Part shown: positions 39,699 through 53,961 of the stretch, piece after piece
Numbering within the stretch: position 1 is the first letter of the stretch
Layout: each line of letters begins with the position of its first letter
NCBI RefSeq assembly: GCF_018977255.1
Contig: NW_024704743.1
Location: 81,842,001 to 81,906,000 of the forward strand
DNA: 64,000 bases
Direction of reading: 5' to 3'
DNA from: Callorhinchus milii
Taxonomy: Eukaryota
Position numbers and translations under genes: made by a program
The notes under the pieces: model-generated
Database searches by the model: none
Told to the model about the DNA's origin: nothing
The model's input: the letters and a program-made list of their open reading frames with translations, nothing else

Positions 39699-40200
39699 TA
39701 CAACAACAACTTGAATTTATATAGTGTTCCACATGCAGGGTAGCATCGTAGAGTGGTTGACAGTGGCGGAGCACAACACAGAGCCTGGGGAAATGGGAGA
39801 GGTGACTGTAGGCGCGGTTGAATAGGAAGATCTTCAGGTGCGACCTGAAGATGGGGAAGGAAGGGATAAGATGGAGGGATAGAGGGAAAGTGTTCCAGAG
39901 TTTTGGGGACATGATGTCTGAAAATGTGGCCACCAACAGTGGAACGGAGGGCACAAGGGGCATGCAGAAGGCCGTAATCAGTCGAGCGGAGGCAGCGGGT
40001 TGTGAGTTGGGGGGTAAGCAGGTTGGAAAGGTAGGGAGATGCCAGGGCATGAAGAGATTTGAAAACGAGTGTGAGGATCTTGAAATTGATCTGCTCAGCG
40101 ATATGGAGCCAGTGGAAGCTGGCTAGAACTGGTGTGATGGGGAAACGGAGTTTAGTACAGGTGATTATGTCTTGTCCAGAACAGAATATGGCCTGCAATT
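39699..40200 (-). mobile_element. L2 3' fragment
   Basis: FHWLHIAEQINFKILTLVFKSLHALASPYLSNLL and (CAA)n tail. Confidence 0.88.
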
Positions 40201-40202
40201 GA

Positions 40203-40470
40203 AGAGGGGATAAATTCAAAACAAATCTGCAGAAACACTATTTCAGTGAGCTAGTAGTAAATGTATGAAACAGGCTCCCTAAGGAAGCAGTGGAAGCAGG
40301 AAGTGTTGATTCTTTCAAAAGCAAATTAGATAATTTCTTTTACGAAATCATATTGTGGGATATAGTATATGGATTGGGACATGATGTGTGTATGCTACTG
40401 CAGGATGGTGGAAGGCGAACTGGATGGACTTTGGTCTTCTTTCGTCGAGCAATTCTTATGTTCTTATGTT
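40203..40470 (+). mobile_element. CR1 3' fragment (different subfamily)
   Basis: RLPKEAVEAGSVDSFKSKLD remnant; TTCTTATG terminal repeats. Confidence 0.8.
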
Positions 40471-41981
40471 AAAACCGGCTCACCCAGATTAGTGCGAATA
40501 TTCGGCAGGCCATTTCTTGATGGCCCCACAGGCCACTTCTGGCCCACAGCAACATGGGTTGGCTACCACTGCTGCAAAGTTATAATAATTGTGTATTCTG
40601 TAAGCGTTGTTAAAGAACCAATAGTGTGGCAGCACTTATAAATGACAGAATACATCCTCCTTTTATAATATTATCTTTGTGAATCCTAAAAGTGTATAAG
40701 CTGGAGTTGTTCTATATTGATTGCCTACTCCACCTCCCTACTCCAATCTACTCCACTATTGATGGGTGGGCTTTCAACATATTGGCGCCCGCTCTGTGGA
40801 ACTCCATTCCCAGGTTTTTCCAACTTGCTCTGTCCCTCCCATCTTCCAAGGAACGTTTCAAAACGTACCTCTTTGATCGTGCTTTTGGTCATCTTTCCCC
40901 TCCTCACACCCCTCAGGACCGGTGTCCAGACAGAATTGTCAAGTGTTTGGCATATCATCTCAATGTGAAAGGTACTATATAAGTGTAAGCGCCATTGTAG
41001 AATTTTTGGACCATAACAAAATGCTCTGGGGCTTCAACATGTGTTTTGCTTCAATTAATGGAAAGCCTAAATCATTCTCCATCTATATGCCCAAAATATT
41101 TAGATTCAAAGGGAAATTCGAGCAAAGAAATTGATTTCACCCAATAAGTATATATGCCTCCAAATGCAGGTCTGTCTGTCCCACTATTTTGGTTTTGTTA
41201 TATCTTTCTGCACAAACATTCAGCTGTACAGTTTATAGTATAAATTGTAGAAAAACACAAATGTTTAACAAATGTGTAACACTTACATTTGTTTGTAAAT
41301 CATTCTTGTAACTCATTGCGATTCGTTCCTGTTTTCTCCATGGTTTCCCTGAGGATAAAACATAAGTCCTATGTGGGTGGATCTGCATTTATCCATGACA
41401 AATTCAAGAGATAATTAGATACATATAGTATTTGGGAAAGAAATGTAATAATAATCTTTACAATTTATTCTTGTATCTCATTATAAATTATAACAAAATG
41501 CCTGCTTTTTTAAAAAAAATGGGACTGATCAGATGGACTGCATTGGTCTTTTCAGGTCGTGTACATTGCTGTTATAATCCTGCTTGAATAAATTTGAAGC
41601 AGGTAACGCTTAGTGCAGCAGAAAGTCAGACAGACCATAAGGTTAGCGGTTTGATCCCTAGTCTGTGCTCAGTTAGCTAATCTGATCCACATCAGCAGTT
41701 GGGATACTACAATTGGCTGAAGAATGTAAAATTAGACAAGGTTCCTGTTCAGAAAAAAATAATCCTTGCATTTGCAGACTTTCAGCCCGGGTTAATTGTA
41801 GTAGTCCTCTTGCATCAGAGTTAGATAGTTGTGGGTTCAAGCCCCACATCATGACTTTGAATTCACATATTCTTCTGGGCTAACAATCCAATGCTGTGTT
41901 GGAACGCACTGAATTGTTGGAGGTACGGTCCTTTGGAAGAGACATTAAACCGAGATCCCCTCTGCCTGTTCAGGTGGAAGT

Positions 41982-42338
41982 GGAGTCCTGTCCTGCAAGC
42001 GAGAAGACCTGGGTTCGATTTCTGGCAGGGCAAAACATTGGGCAAGTTTTCTTACTCCACATGCCTCTGTTCACCTAGTAGTAAGTAGGAACCTGGTTGT
42101 TAGTCGATTGGAATGGGTTTTCGCTTTTCTGGGGGTAATAATCCCTTCCAAATAAATAATAATAATTTGGTCACTCAATCCATGACTGTTTGTGGGACAC
42201 TGCTGTGCGCAATTGGCTGCCGCGTTCGCCCACAGATATACAGTCAATTCACTTTACAGTGTGTTCTGTGAAGCGCTTTGGGATGTCCTCCCGATGTGAA
42301 AAGCGCTATATCAAATGCAAGGATTATTATTATTATTA
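41982..42338 (+). mobile_element. Young tRNA-SINE with deleted A box, next to an older SINE head (41790-41981)
   Basis: Starts GGAGTCCTGT, B box GGGTTCGATTTC, same core and tail. Confidence 0.85.
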
Positions 42339-42623
42339 AGGTTTATTATTATTTGTCATAGCACCTTTCACGTCAGGAATATGATTCAAAGCGTTTTGCA
42401 GGATTTAACAGTAAACCCTGTGAAGTGCTTTGAGATGTCCCCCTGATGTGAAAAACTCTATATCAAGTGCAGGATTATTATCAACAACAATAACTTATAT
42501 TAATGCAGCACCCTTATTACAGGATAGCATCTTGGAGAGCTTCACAGTGGCAGAATTAGATGCCGAGCAAGGAAAATGGGGAGCAGACATGACCATAAAC
42601 ACGGTCAGAAGTAGGTCAGAAAG

Positions 42624-42847
42624 TAGGGTAACCATATATCCCCGATTTCCAGGACAGTCCCCAGATGAGGTATTGTGTCTCTGGTCAAACTGAGCAAAAA
42701 CAATAAAAATCTAAAACAGCTACACTCATCAGAGAAATACAGCCATTAATTCAACACGCTGCTCCAGTACTGTCAGCATCAGTGATTGTAATGAGTTACA
42801 TTTTTTTGTGTGTCCCTGGATTTGATTTACAAAATATGGGTAGCCTA
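42624..42847. mobile_element. hAT-Blackjack-like MITE
   Basis: Imperfect TIRs TAGGGTAACCATAT and ATATGGGTAGCCTA, subterminal GGACAGTCC; no clear TSD. Confidence 0.5.
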
Positions 42848-42879
42848 TCTTAAGATGGGGCATAACTAGCTACACAACT

Positions 42880-43232
42880 TGCAATGGCAAGCTATGCAGT
42901 TTTACAGCGCCTTGGGACGTCCTCCCGACATGAAAGGCGCTCTATAAATGGAATCTTGTTGTTGTTGTTGTAGCTGGTTAGACTCCAGCAGTACCCCAAT
43001 GCACATTCTGGTGTCCCAAGCCTTGGCTCGTGCCAACCTGCACCTAATACTTTCCGGAATTAGGTAAGCAGGATGTGTTCCTCCAGAGAGAGAGTGCGTA
43101 TTCCATTCTAACAATCTATCTCTGGGATTTCTATGTGTAGGTGGAATGCATGGAAATCTCAGCTTGGTTTGGATACTCTTAAGCATGGTGATGGGTTTCC
43201 ACATGTGTCAGCCACCTAGCTGACCAAAAACA
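42880..43232 (+). repeat. Unclassified dispersed repeat with an L2 tail inserted at ~42903-42970
   Basis: Aligns to the reverse complement of 31560-31830. Confidence 0.8.
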
Positions 43233-44035
43233 AATCCCTCTTTGGTTAACTTCAAATTGGTCTGCGTGAATTTGTGTCAGGATTGCATTCCATGCATGTG
43301 CAAGTCGTCCGCTTCATTCCACAATGCCAAAGGCTTCACACATGCATACATTTCAATTTAGTTTCAGGCCGGCTGGCTCGGTCACATACTTGAATGGTTG
43401 CTTTGGGAGCCACTTGTTGACTGTCACCATCAGAGCCCAGTGAACTCCTTAATAAGCATCTGATCTGTTGAGATTCTTCCCTTAAATTGTTGTGCCTTTG
43501 GCACTTACTGAGCACAATGGAAGACTGATTGACTGCTCCAATTCAGACTTTTATATAAAGAACAATCTTTGGCACCTCATTCTTTGTACTTAAACAACTA
43601 CTAATTACAGCATATTGGTTAAAAGCTTATTCCCTGAGATTTCTTTGGTCACAGGGTATAAATAATTGCCTTTTTAATGACCTATTTATGTCGCAAGTGA
43701 CCTGAGAACTGTTTAAAATGGGATGTTGTTAGCTTCTGATGGCTCAGTGTGTTTATACAGTGAATCAATCATTCAGCCAAACAAAACCAAGGAAGCTCCT
43801 AAATTTGTACCCAGTCAGTGACACGCTCATCTCAGTCAGGGCAGTTGAAGACCAAGCATAGCATAAGTAAAGATTGTTATCATTTCAAAGTGTGCAGAAA
43901 TTGGCAAATTGTTGAATTCTGTCTTAATTTTGAAGTTGGCTTCTTGTAGATCTTAAACAAACTTATAGAAAACTGGCTCCAAAATTAAACTGCTTAAACA
44001 TTTTAAAAATTCTGGATGCTCTGAAATGAAAGAAA

Positions 44036-44310
44036 ATTATAATCCTTGCATTTGATGTTGCACTTTATCATGTCGTTGAGATGTCTCAAAGTGTTTCACA
44101 GGAGTTTAGTGTGACTATATTTGGGGCAAATGTGGCAGCCAATTTTGCACACAGCAATGTCACACAAACAACCATGAAATGAATGACCAGTGTTATTTGG
44201 GGGATTGTTGCCCAAGACATGAAGAGAACCTCTTTTTGAATAATGCCATGGGATGTTTAACATCTACCTGATCAGGCACATGGGACCTCACTCTAACACC
44301 TGAAAGACAT
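44036..44310 (-). mobile_element. Older Deu-type SINE
   Basis: GGCAGCCAATTTTGCACACAGCAATGTC core and tail. Confidence 0.75.
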
Positions 44311-45879
44311 GAATCTATGGAAATTGAGTAAATCTAGGCACAGGTGAAATTTTACTCCCTGATATCCAGTTCAGGTTGCTAGAAATGAGAATAATGCTGC
44401 ATTTATATTACACAAACAATAATGGAAAAACACTAAATTTTCCACAAAGTCTTTACTTGAACTCTTCGATTTCATATCTCAAAAGAGTTATAATAAATAA
44501 TAATCCTCTCATTTAGTATCGTGTGAGATTGCCCAGAGTGTTTCATAGGATATACTGTAGAGTATAGAGATTGGGTATTTGTAGGTGAGTTGCTCCACTC
44601 CCTAAGAGAAAAGGGTCAGATTTGGAGTAAAATAACTGATGACTAGGGAATAACAAGGGGATGAGCAAAAGGGAATAACAATTGGATGTGAAGTAGAAAT
44701 CCTCACCGCAAACAACTTCCAGAAGAAACTTCAATTATAGAATAGAATATCTATAATTACATACACATAGAATTACCTAGAACACCATGGAAATCAACCA
44801 TTCGGTCAACTAGTCTGTGCCGGTATTCGTATTCCGTACGATCCTCCACATCACCTATTTCAGTGCCTTGGGATGTCCTGCCGATGCGAAAAGCGCTTTA
44901 CAATTGGAATTGTGTAAAATTTGTCCTGTTGTTGTATTCCCTCTCCAAAATTCCTCTGTTCCCTTCACCCTCATATAATGCATTACATTTTCTCTTAAAT
45001 ATGTTGATGCTTTTTGCTTCAACCACAGCTTCTGCCAGTGAATTCCACATTCTCACTTATGCCTTATGTAAAGAAATTCCTCCTAATCTCTCTTTTAGAT
45101 CTACTACTTGATATGTATGTGGTAAATTTACCATCTTGATAGCCCTGGTGGCAATTGGTGTAGTCTCATTCTTTCATCCACTTGTGGTGGAATGGTAGTA
45201 ATGACGAGGAACAAGGGACAAGCAGCAGAAGAGGGCTGGCGGAGATTCCATAGGTGGGGAGGGGCTCGAGACATGAGTGGATTTGAATGTTAAAATACAG
45301 ATCTTAAAGTCCATACCTACAGTACTGGGAGCCAGTGGAGCCTGATGAGGATTGTAATGCAGGGTATGAGAACCTTGTGAAAGCAGAGGACATAAACTCA
45401 GAAGTTTGGATGAGTCAGCTTTTAAGTTTCCAGACACTGTCTGATTTAGTTATGATAAATTCGAGCAAAACCAGAAGAAATACTCACAGTAATACATAAA
45501 AAACACCAGGGGATAGCCACATTTTTATGCATGAGAACAAGCTGAGTCATATTGCCTATTGTGAAAGCTTCATTTTAATGTATCTGTTCTTTTACATTTC
45601 TTTGATTAACTCTCAGTTATAAAGAAATTGTTTGCTGGTCTCAAACCCAGGGAAAGGATTTCCACTCCAGTTATTTTTCCTCAGTGTGCATTAAATCAAT
45701 GATGCCTGGGTCATCTCACTAGTGTTCACTTCATTTTTTATGTACTGACATTTGCATAGGTGGTTTTACAATATAGAGGATAATACAGCATCCATATTCA
45801 AAAGCAGAACTGACCCTTCTTTATCTAATTTCTGAAATGTGTGACTCTCAACACTGTCTGAGATGTTTAAAGGTCAGGT

Positions 45880-46245
45880 TGAGCTCCTCTGATAACCTAA
45901 TGGGTAAATGCACCACCCTGTATAGCACTAAGCCATACAGAGCAGTCAGTCACAAGTTCAAATCATGTGGCAGATTACCTGATCTGTCAGGACATTGGTT
46001 TGATGGTGTTCCAACTGGCCTCAGTAAACAACAACAACAAATTACATTTGGATAGAGCCTTTCACGTCAGGAAGATGTCCCAAGACACTGAAAAGGGGAC
46101 AAATCGGGCACCTTTCCAACACCTTATCAATTGACCCCTGCTGCAGAGTGCTGATGTTGGGTGAAAACAGGTTTGGACTTGGCTGTGAAGTCCCCAGTGG
46201 TCAAGCAGCCTGTCGACACTTTTTTATTTTGAAACTCATGTATGA
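45880..46245 (+). mobile_element. Ancient SINE copy, AmnSINE2-like, with an L2 tail at ~46027-46090
   Basis: GGGTAAATGCACC...AGCCATACAGA...TGACCCCTGCTG...GGCTGTGA...AGCCTGTCGACACT; family name from memory. Confidence 0.5.
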
Positions 46246-47068
46246 ATCAAAGGGGCAAAATTAATAGTTGCTCTTGAACACATTCTTTGCCTTAATTAGC
46301 ATATTAATTAACAACAATCTCCCCGCGCACCAGCCCCCACCCATTCACAAAAAAATCAGTTACTCACTCCTTGGCTGTTTTGGGGACATTGCTGTGGCAC
46401 AACTGGCTGCCGCATTTTGCCCCAAAAATACACCTCCAATCCACTTGACAGTTTGTCCTGTGAAGCACTTTGAGACGTATCAATGACATGAGAAGGTGCT
46501 ATATCAAATTCAAGAATTAATGAATACTGTAGATTTGTTACTGCTCCTTAAATATCAGCACCCTTGCTACTTACCTTACCTTGTAAACTTACCTGCACTC
46601 ACCGTACTGCTCCCAGACTCGAATTTTAGGGCTTTGGGACATCCTCCTGACCTGAAAAGTGTTATATAAATTTAAGCGCTCCAGGACACCATCCGGCATG
46701 AAGCGCGCTTTATAAGTGTAAGTTGTTGTTGTAAATCTAAACTTATACTGTATAAGTTCCTAGCCGGCTTATCCCATTCGGTTTGCTGGATATTAAAAAA
46801 TGTGGAATCGGATATGACTGGTTTCCTGGTGTAATGTGGCCAGAATGTGATTGTAAATCCATATTAGGAGTTTTAACTCAGCAAAATCCTCTGAGTGCCT
46901 CTTCAATGTTACAGCACAGAAAAGATTTTTTCAGCTCATTAATTCTGCTCTGATCACTTGAATGAGATCTGGAGGGCCTCCAGTGACTGTGAAACTGAAC
47001 CAGACAAAGTTCAGTGGCTTCAAGACAAGAGGAGGCAGAGGAAAAATGTTACATTGTTGATTATTTTG

Positions 47069-48510
47069 TTAACAACAACAACAAGATTTCATTTATAGAG
47101 TGCCTTTCACGTCGGGAGGACGTCCCAAGGCGCTGGACAGTTGGATCGGGACCCGAGCAGGGGGAAAATAGTCAGGGTGAGGGGAGGGAAGGGAGGGAGC
47201 GAGGAGGAGGTAGAGAGTCGAGAGGGGAGCTGAAGGCACGGGCAAAGAGAAAGGTCTTGAGACCGGCCTTGAAGGAGGAAAGGGAGGAGGCGGCGAAGGC
47301 ACTGGGGGATAGAGTTCCAGAGCCTAGGGGCTGAGAGGCTGAAGGCCCGGCCACCGATGGTAGGGCGGTTGGGGCGGGGGATGTGGAGCAGACCGGAGCC
47401 AGAGGAACGGAGGGTATGGGCAGGTAAGTAGGGGATAGTAGGTCGGAGAGGTAGGAGGGAGCAAGGCCATGAATGGCCTTGTAGGTGAGGATGAGGATCT
47501 TGAATTCGATCCTCTGGGGGATGGGGAGCCAGTGGAGGCGAGCGAGGGTGGGAGTGATGTGGTCCCGAAGCCTGGTGCGGGACAGTACACGAGCTGCAGA
47601 GTTCTGAATGACCTGCAGCTTGTGGAGGGAGGTGCCGTGAAGGCCGGCGAGGAGAGAGTTCCCATAGTCCAGCCTTGAGGTGATAAAGGCGTGGACCAGT
47701 GGTTCAGCAGCGTGAGGGGTGAGGTAGTGCTGTAGTCTGGCGATGTTTCAGAGGTGATGGAAGGCGGTGCCAGTTGTGGTGCGGATATGAGGAAGAAAGG
47801 ACAGCTCAGGGTCGAACAGAACGCCGAGGTCCCTGACTGGCTTTGAGAGGTGGAGAGTGCAGCCTTGGATGCTGATGCTGTCAGTGCCTGAGGTGCGGAG
47901 GCGCTGACGTGAGCCAATCAGGAGGGCCTCAGTTTTGCATACGTTGAGCTGGAGAAAGTTATCTCTCGTCCAGGACTCGATGTCGGACAGGCAGGCTGTC
48001 AGGACATCGGTGGTCGTGGAGTTGAGGGTAGAGGAGGAAAGGTAGTGTGGAAGTTAACCCCATGTCTGCGGATGATGGCACCAAGGGAGAGCATATAGAG
48101 GGTGAGAGGAGGGGACCAAGGACAGAGCCCTGAGGGACACCGCACGAGTCAGTGCGGAGGCTGGAGGAAAAGCCATTTGTGGAAACAAAATGAAGATGGT
48201 GGGAGAGGTACAACCTAAACCACTCAAGGACAGGGCCTTGAAGGTTGAGGTGGGAGGACAAGCAATGGAGGAGGAGAGGGTGGGCGACCGTATCGAATGC
48301 GGCCGATAGGTCGAGGAGGACGAGGAGGCAGAGGGAGCCCTGGTCGCAGATGGTCAAGATGTCATTGGTGACCTTGACCAGGGCGGTTTCTGTTCTATAG
48401 GCAGCACGGAAACCCGATTGAAGGGGTTCGAATAATGCATGGGTGGAGAGGAAAGAGCGCTGGGAGGCGACCTTTCAAGGACCTTGGACAGGAAGGGGAC
48501 CTTGGACAGG
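47069..48510 (-). mobile_element. 5'-truncated L2 LINE (RT plus 3' end)
   Basis: [23 protein letters not shown], complete 3' UTR and (CAA)n tail. Confidence 0.93.
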
Positions 48511-48617
48511 AATGGGAACTCTTTCTTTGTTAAAAGAAAAATGCATCCAGCATTTTTTAATGTTTTTGGTAAGGATGCCAGAACTCCATCCCTGTTGTAC
48601 CTAAGTTAATAGGAACA

Positions 48618-48860
48618 GTTTTTGGTCTGTCCGGCATCTGACACAAGCAGAAATTCATCGGCAAGAGTATCCAAATAAAACTACTGAGAGTTCCACAGGT
48701 GAATGGGAACTTCCCTTAATTTGGAATGCTGTAAGCATTCTCTCCCTGGAGGGATCCACCCTGCACACCTCATCCTGGAAAGTATTAAGCATTGGTTGGC
48801 ATTAAGCAAGCCTTGAAAACCCCAAAGACCACAGACCATGTTGCTGGATTGGCCTAGTTC
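48618..48860 (-). repeat. Unclassified dispersed repeat, diverged copy
   Basis: AGAGTATCCAAA, CTCTCCCTGGAGGGA and GGAAAGTATTA blocks match 42975-43232 in reverse. Confidence 0.65.
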
Positions 48861-51109
48861 ATGCTCAATTGGGTATGTTTTATGTTACACTGCCCGTGCA
48901 AAAACAGCTTGGGGCGGGTGCCTAATTTAAAAATAAATTCAATTTAAACCTTCGAAACGTTTTTTTGAAGACCTTTGCTTCCACAATTTCAAAAGTACTA
49001 ACCTAAATTGGCCATTCTGCTACCCATAGTAAGTGAAACATAATATCGGCCTACTTTGGGGCTAGTATTTGGTTGATTTTGTGCTACAATCGTATTTTCA
49101 TTTCTGGCAATCGTGATCACAGACAATAAGTGCACATGCAGGCAGTAAAGTGCAGTAAAGTTGTTGCTACAGTGCTCATGTAGTACTACTCTTCACTCAC
49201 ACCTTAAGGCATATGGTGCAGAAGTCAAACCAGGGTCGGTGTTATCCATTCCTTACGCATTGGTTTCATCCAAGCCATCAAGCATGGCATTACTTATGTT
49301 GAGGAGCATTATACTGAGATAAATGACCACCCAGCACTTAGTGACCTGTTGGTGAAGTGAACTTGACCCGTTAAACAATGGCATGGATTGAGTTCTAACA
49401 GTAGTTACTTTGTGGTCAGCCTGTGGATGTGATGAGATGTGAGTGACATTTGGGGAGCTACAATTGGCCTCTGGTCTCCACTGACACTGAAACCACTTCT
49501 GCTTTTCATTATACAACTGTTATTTCTGGACACATCCCTCCTTTGCTAGGAAGGATAATTATGTCCCAGCTTTCCTACTCCGATTATTCTCAGTACTTTT
49601 TTAAATTATAATATAAATTTATAATATATCTTTATCATTTATAATATATCTTTATAATTTATAAAATAAAGTTTCAAGCAGTGCTCATTCACAAATTATT
49701 GCTTCACACATCCCCATCCCACACACACACACACGTATAATGATTGAACTGCTGCAGAAAAAAGTTTAAACAATTACTCAGCTGAAGCTGTTGACGCAAT
49801 ACAAGATGTTTGGGATATGGAATGTTTTCAGTAGCCGTCCCACATCCTGTGCCTTCAGTTAAGGATGAAACAGAATGAAATAGACCAATTACTAACTCAT
49901 TCTTGCTTTTAAAAACGTGTGGTCTAATATTACAGATACAACAACCTTCAGTGAGCATGACGTTAAGTCTATCAAAGCCAGTTTTAGCCTGTTTTAAATT
50001 CTTTGCACAACACTGAACCTGTGTCCTCTGGTCATGCAGAATTGGTGCACTTAAAAGCAAACCTATAAAGTCCTACATCACATACGGCAGACAGTTCATC
50101 TGATATCAAAACTATATCATTGTTTTTTTAAATTCTAAGTTTTACTGACTTCCACATTAAAATACACAGTCATCGCATGTTACAGTAAATCCTGTGAAAC
50201 ACTTTGACATATCCTCTCTATGTGAAAGGTGCTGTATCAACTGCAATAATTCTTCTTTTTATTAGTATGTTACGAAAGATAAAAGAAAAAAATGAAATCT
50301 TTAAAATTGTCCTAATCTTAAACGGCAAAAGTTTCCATTTCTGATTGATATTCACTGAACACTGCTGTAGTGTAGGCACAAGTAGATATGGCTTTGACTT
50401 CATTCGTTGATGACCTTCTATCCAGGTTCACATTTGCAGTTATTAGTAATACTAAATAATAACTAAAACTACTACTACTAATGATAATAATTATTGTATT
50501 TCTATAGTGCTTTTCATGTTTCGTAGATGTATCAAAGCGTTTTAAAGATTTCATAATAATAATAATCCTTGCATTTATATATCACATCACATCTTATCAC
50601 ATCTTTGAGATGTCTCAAAGCTCTTCACAGAATATACTGTAAAGTGAATTGACTTTATTTTGTGGCCGAACAAAATGGTAGCTATTTTGCATCCAGCAGT
50701 GTCCAAGAAAGAACCAGAAAGTAACCAGTTTTGTTTACTTGGTGGATTGTTGCCCAGGGAATCAGGAGGATCTCCCTTCTCTTCTCTCCTTTCTCACCAG
50801 CAGTGGTTCAGTGTTGTGTCCCAAATGTCACTGGAATACAATACTAGAACACAGCGGGTACCACTGCAACTGTATCTCAACATGATTTGTAACCGCAGGA
50901 GAGAGGGATGCTGAAGACTGGGTGAGAGGTGCAGTGTATTATCCACAGAGTTTAGGATTGAGTGAACCACACTCCAGATAGAAGTTCTGTTTGGATTGTT
51001 GCATTCCTTCCTTTCTTTGTTTAAACAGTGACATTTCACAACAGTGATTATATGCATTTCAGAAATACATGATTCATCACTGGTTTCCACTCAAAAACAA
51101 CCACTAGGG

Positions 51110-51333
51110 CAGTGGTGGCCAACCGATGGCTTGAGGGCCAGAAGGGGACGGGGGGCTTTCAAGAAGTGGCCCGCTGAACATTCGCACTAGTAGTCTAGGT
51201 GCATCTGTTTTAAATAAATATTTTGCTTCCAGTAGCTACTGAGTGGCAATGTTTATGGTGTGGCCATAAATCAAGAAGTATTCAATCAAGAAAATCAACT
51301 TGGTTGGCTGCCCAAAAAGGTTGGCCACGATTG
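51110..51333 (+). mobile_element. Intact 224-bp hAT-Charlie-like MITE
   Basis: TIRs CAGTGGTGGCCAACC and GGTTGGCCACGATTG; TSD CACTAGGG/CTCTAGAG, matching the NTCTAGAN Charlie target preference. Confidence 0.85.
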
Positions 51334-53961
51334 CTCTAGAGGTACCTTCGAATTATCCAACAACAATAGATTACATTTATATATTTCCAGAATGTGGGAC
51401 CATTGTAGTTGAAGGTTTGGCCAGTGGGTGTGGGGGTGAGTGGGAGACATCCAGTATGTTTGCAAACATTTTTTAATAAAAAGTAATACTTGCAAAGCAC
51501 CTTGCATAGTAGGAGGATGTCTCAAAGGACTTCACAGGGATTCAAAGTGCTTTTACTGTAAAATATTGGGGCTGTGCATTTTGTGGGCGAACACATAGCA
51601 ATGTCCCACAAACAACCATGAAGGGAATGACCAATTTTATTTGGGGATTGTCGGCCAGGTCACTCCCTTCTTTTTTCAAGCAGTGCAGTGGATCTTCAAT
51701 TTGCAGGTACAGGCCAGACCTCGTAACAGGACTGCACCTTCAATAATGCAGCACTGCACTGGAATGCCAGCCTAGACCCGAGGTTTCAACCAGGGTAAGC
51801 GTATCCCTGAGGATAATTTTAAGAGCAATAGGGGGTTCACTCATTGTTAGACCATGGGTTATAACGGGGAACGTTAGAGTTTCCAACGGTCGGTATTTAA
51901 GCAGCCTGTACAGCTTTTATACTCCCTTGCCAGTGGAACGTAAGGCTGGTTTTATGGCTTCCAAGATTGGGATTTGCGGTGGCTGTTCTACCAGGGGAGA
52001 AACAGCTAGGATGGGAGATGGTTTTGGATTTCAGGGAGTGAATGTGTTGACAGTACAGGAAAGTCAGCCATTGAGCAGCTTGATAGCAGCATCTAATTCA
52101 GAATGAGAGAAATTCAGAGGAAGAGAGGGCTTTTGAGAGGGAATAAGAGGGAGTTTTCTCCAGGGGCAGAATGAGACGATGGAGCATTTGGCAGAGGGGA
52201 GAGAGGTGTCAATTCATTCTTAATTTGGAAACTGTTTATCTGCAGTGAGTAAAAAGAAACAGCTTCTAAATTAAGATTGAATTTTACACAATTCTGTGGG
52301 ATCTTAAATTTTAAGACAAAATTATCTTTCAGGCTAAGACTAAGTGGAATTGCGGGCCTGTGTTATTTATCCATATATTACAAATGAATATTGTAATTGG
52401 TAATAAATTGTTTGATGTGTATTAAGTTGAAGGCATCTCTGAAAAACATTACATTTATTTGTTCAATATATTAAGCTGAGTGCCTAACTTAAATCTGCTG
52501 TATTTTTCAGTATTAATGCTTTCCTTACTTTATTGCTATTTTGGAAATATTTATGAGGTGTGGCGTGTGATGCTGCAGGCTACATCTTTTCAGTGGATCA
52601 CATATTAGAAAATTAACTATGACAGCCCTAAGCCCAATTTAGCTCGCTTTCGCAAAACTGTCTACTATTGATAGATTGGGAGTGGCATCTATTCCTATCC
52701 AAACACTTTTCTTTTTTTCCATTTTAATTATCAACGGACTATGAAAACATGAGGCATATGTTTGCATTGAATCAAGTGTACTCTGACTGTGAGTAGATGC
52801 TGGATTTCCTCGAGCCCGAAATCGAGGGGATCCACTCAGCTGCCCCCGACTTCCCAACCGCCACTCCCTCCCCATCTCCCCCCACATTCCGACCTCTACC
52901 CATCCCTCCCTCTACATCTTCGAACCTGACACTCCCTCCTCTCTCATCACCACCATATTCAGCATGAAACATACCATCTGCTCCCTTGACCCCATCCCCA
53001 CCCCTCTCCTTAGCTCCCAGCTCCACCTCCTTGTCCCTCTACTCTCCAACACCATCAATCTCTCCCTATCATCTGGCACCTTTCCCATCCCCCTAAACAC
53101 TGCTATAATCACCCCCCTCCTGAAAAAACTTTCCCTGGCTCCCTCTGCCTCTGCCTCCACTCCATCCTCCTCCACCACCTCTCCTCTCACTTCAACGTTC
53201 AAGGTGTTCAACCTTCATGGTGTTATCTGTCACACCGTCTCCAATTTGTCTCTGCCAATGCTTCTCTTCCAGTTCCCACACAGTCTTGTGTGGTGTTCCT
53301 CAGGGCTCTGTCCTCGGTCCCCTTCTCTTCAACCTCTACGTGCTCCCACTTGGTGACATTATCCACAGACACGGGGTCAACTTACACATATATACGGATG
53401 ACACCCAACTCTATCTCTCTGCCTCCACCCTCAATTCCAGGACAGCTGACATCCCGACAGACTGTCTGACCAGACATCAAGTTCTGGACGAGAGATAACT
53501 TTCTAGAACTGAATGCCAGCAAGATCAAGGCCTTCCTGATTGGCTCGCGCCAGTGCCTCCACACCTCAGGCACTGCAGCATCGGCACCAATGGATGCATA
53601 CTCCACCTCACCAAGCCAGTCAGGAACCTGGGCATCTTGTTCGAACCTCAACTGTCCTTTCTCCCCAATATCCAAGCCATGACCCACTTTGCTTTCCTCC
53701 ACCTCCACAACATTGCCCAACTCCGACACAGCCTTACCCCTCAGGCCTCTGAAAACACCCATTCATCACTTCAATGCTCAAATAGGGAACCTCCTTCATT
53801 GTTGACTTCTTCCCTCCATAAGCTGCAGATCACCCAGAACACTGCAGCTCGTGTCCTCTCCCACACCAGGCTCCGTGACCCCATTGCCCCCACCCTTACC
53901 CGGCTCCACTGGCTCCCCATCACTCAGAGAATAGAATTAAAATCCTCATCCTCACTTTCAA

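Larger units (their letters stand above)
39578..40571 (-). mobile_element. hAT-Charlie-like MITE split by L2 and CR1 insertions
   Basis: TIRs CAGTGGTGGCCAACC and GGTTGGCTACCACTG; 8-bp TSD TTGTAAAG/CTGCAAAG; both halves match 51110-51333 in reverse. Confidence 0.8.

Noticed and set aside
49598..49670. AT-rich quasi-palindromic duplication
   Set aside because: Low-complexity slippage repeat with no further support.
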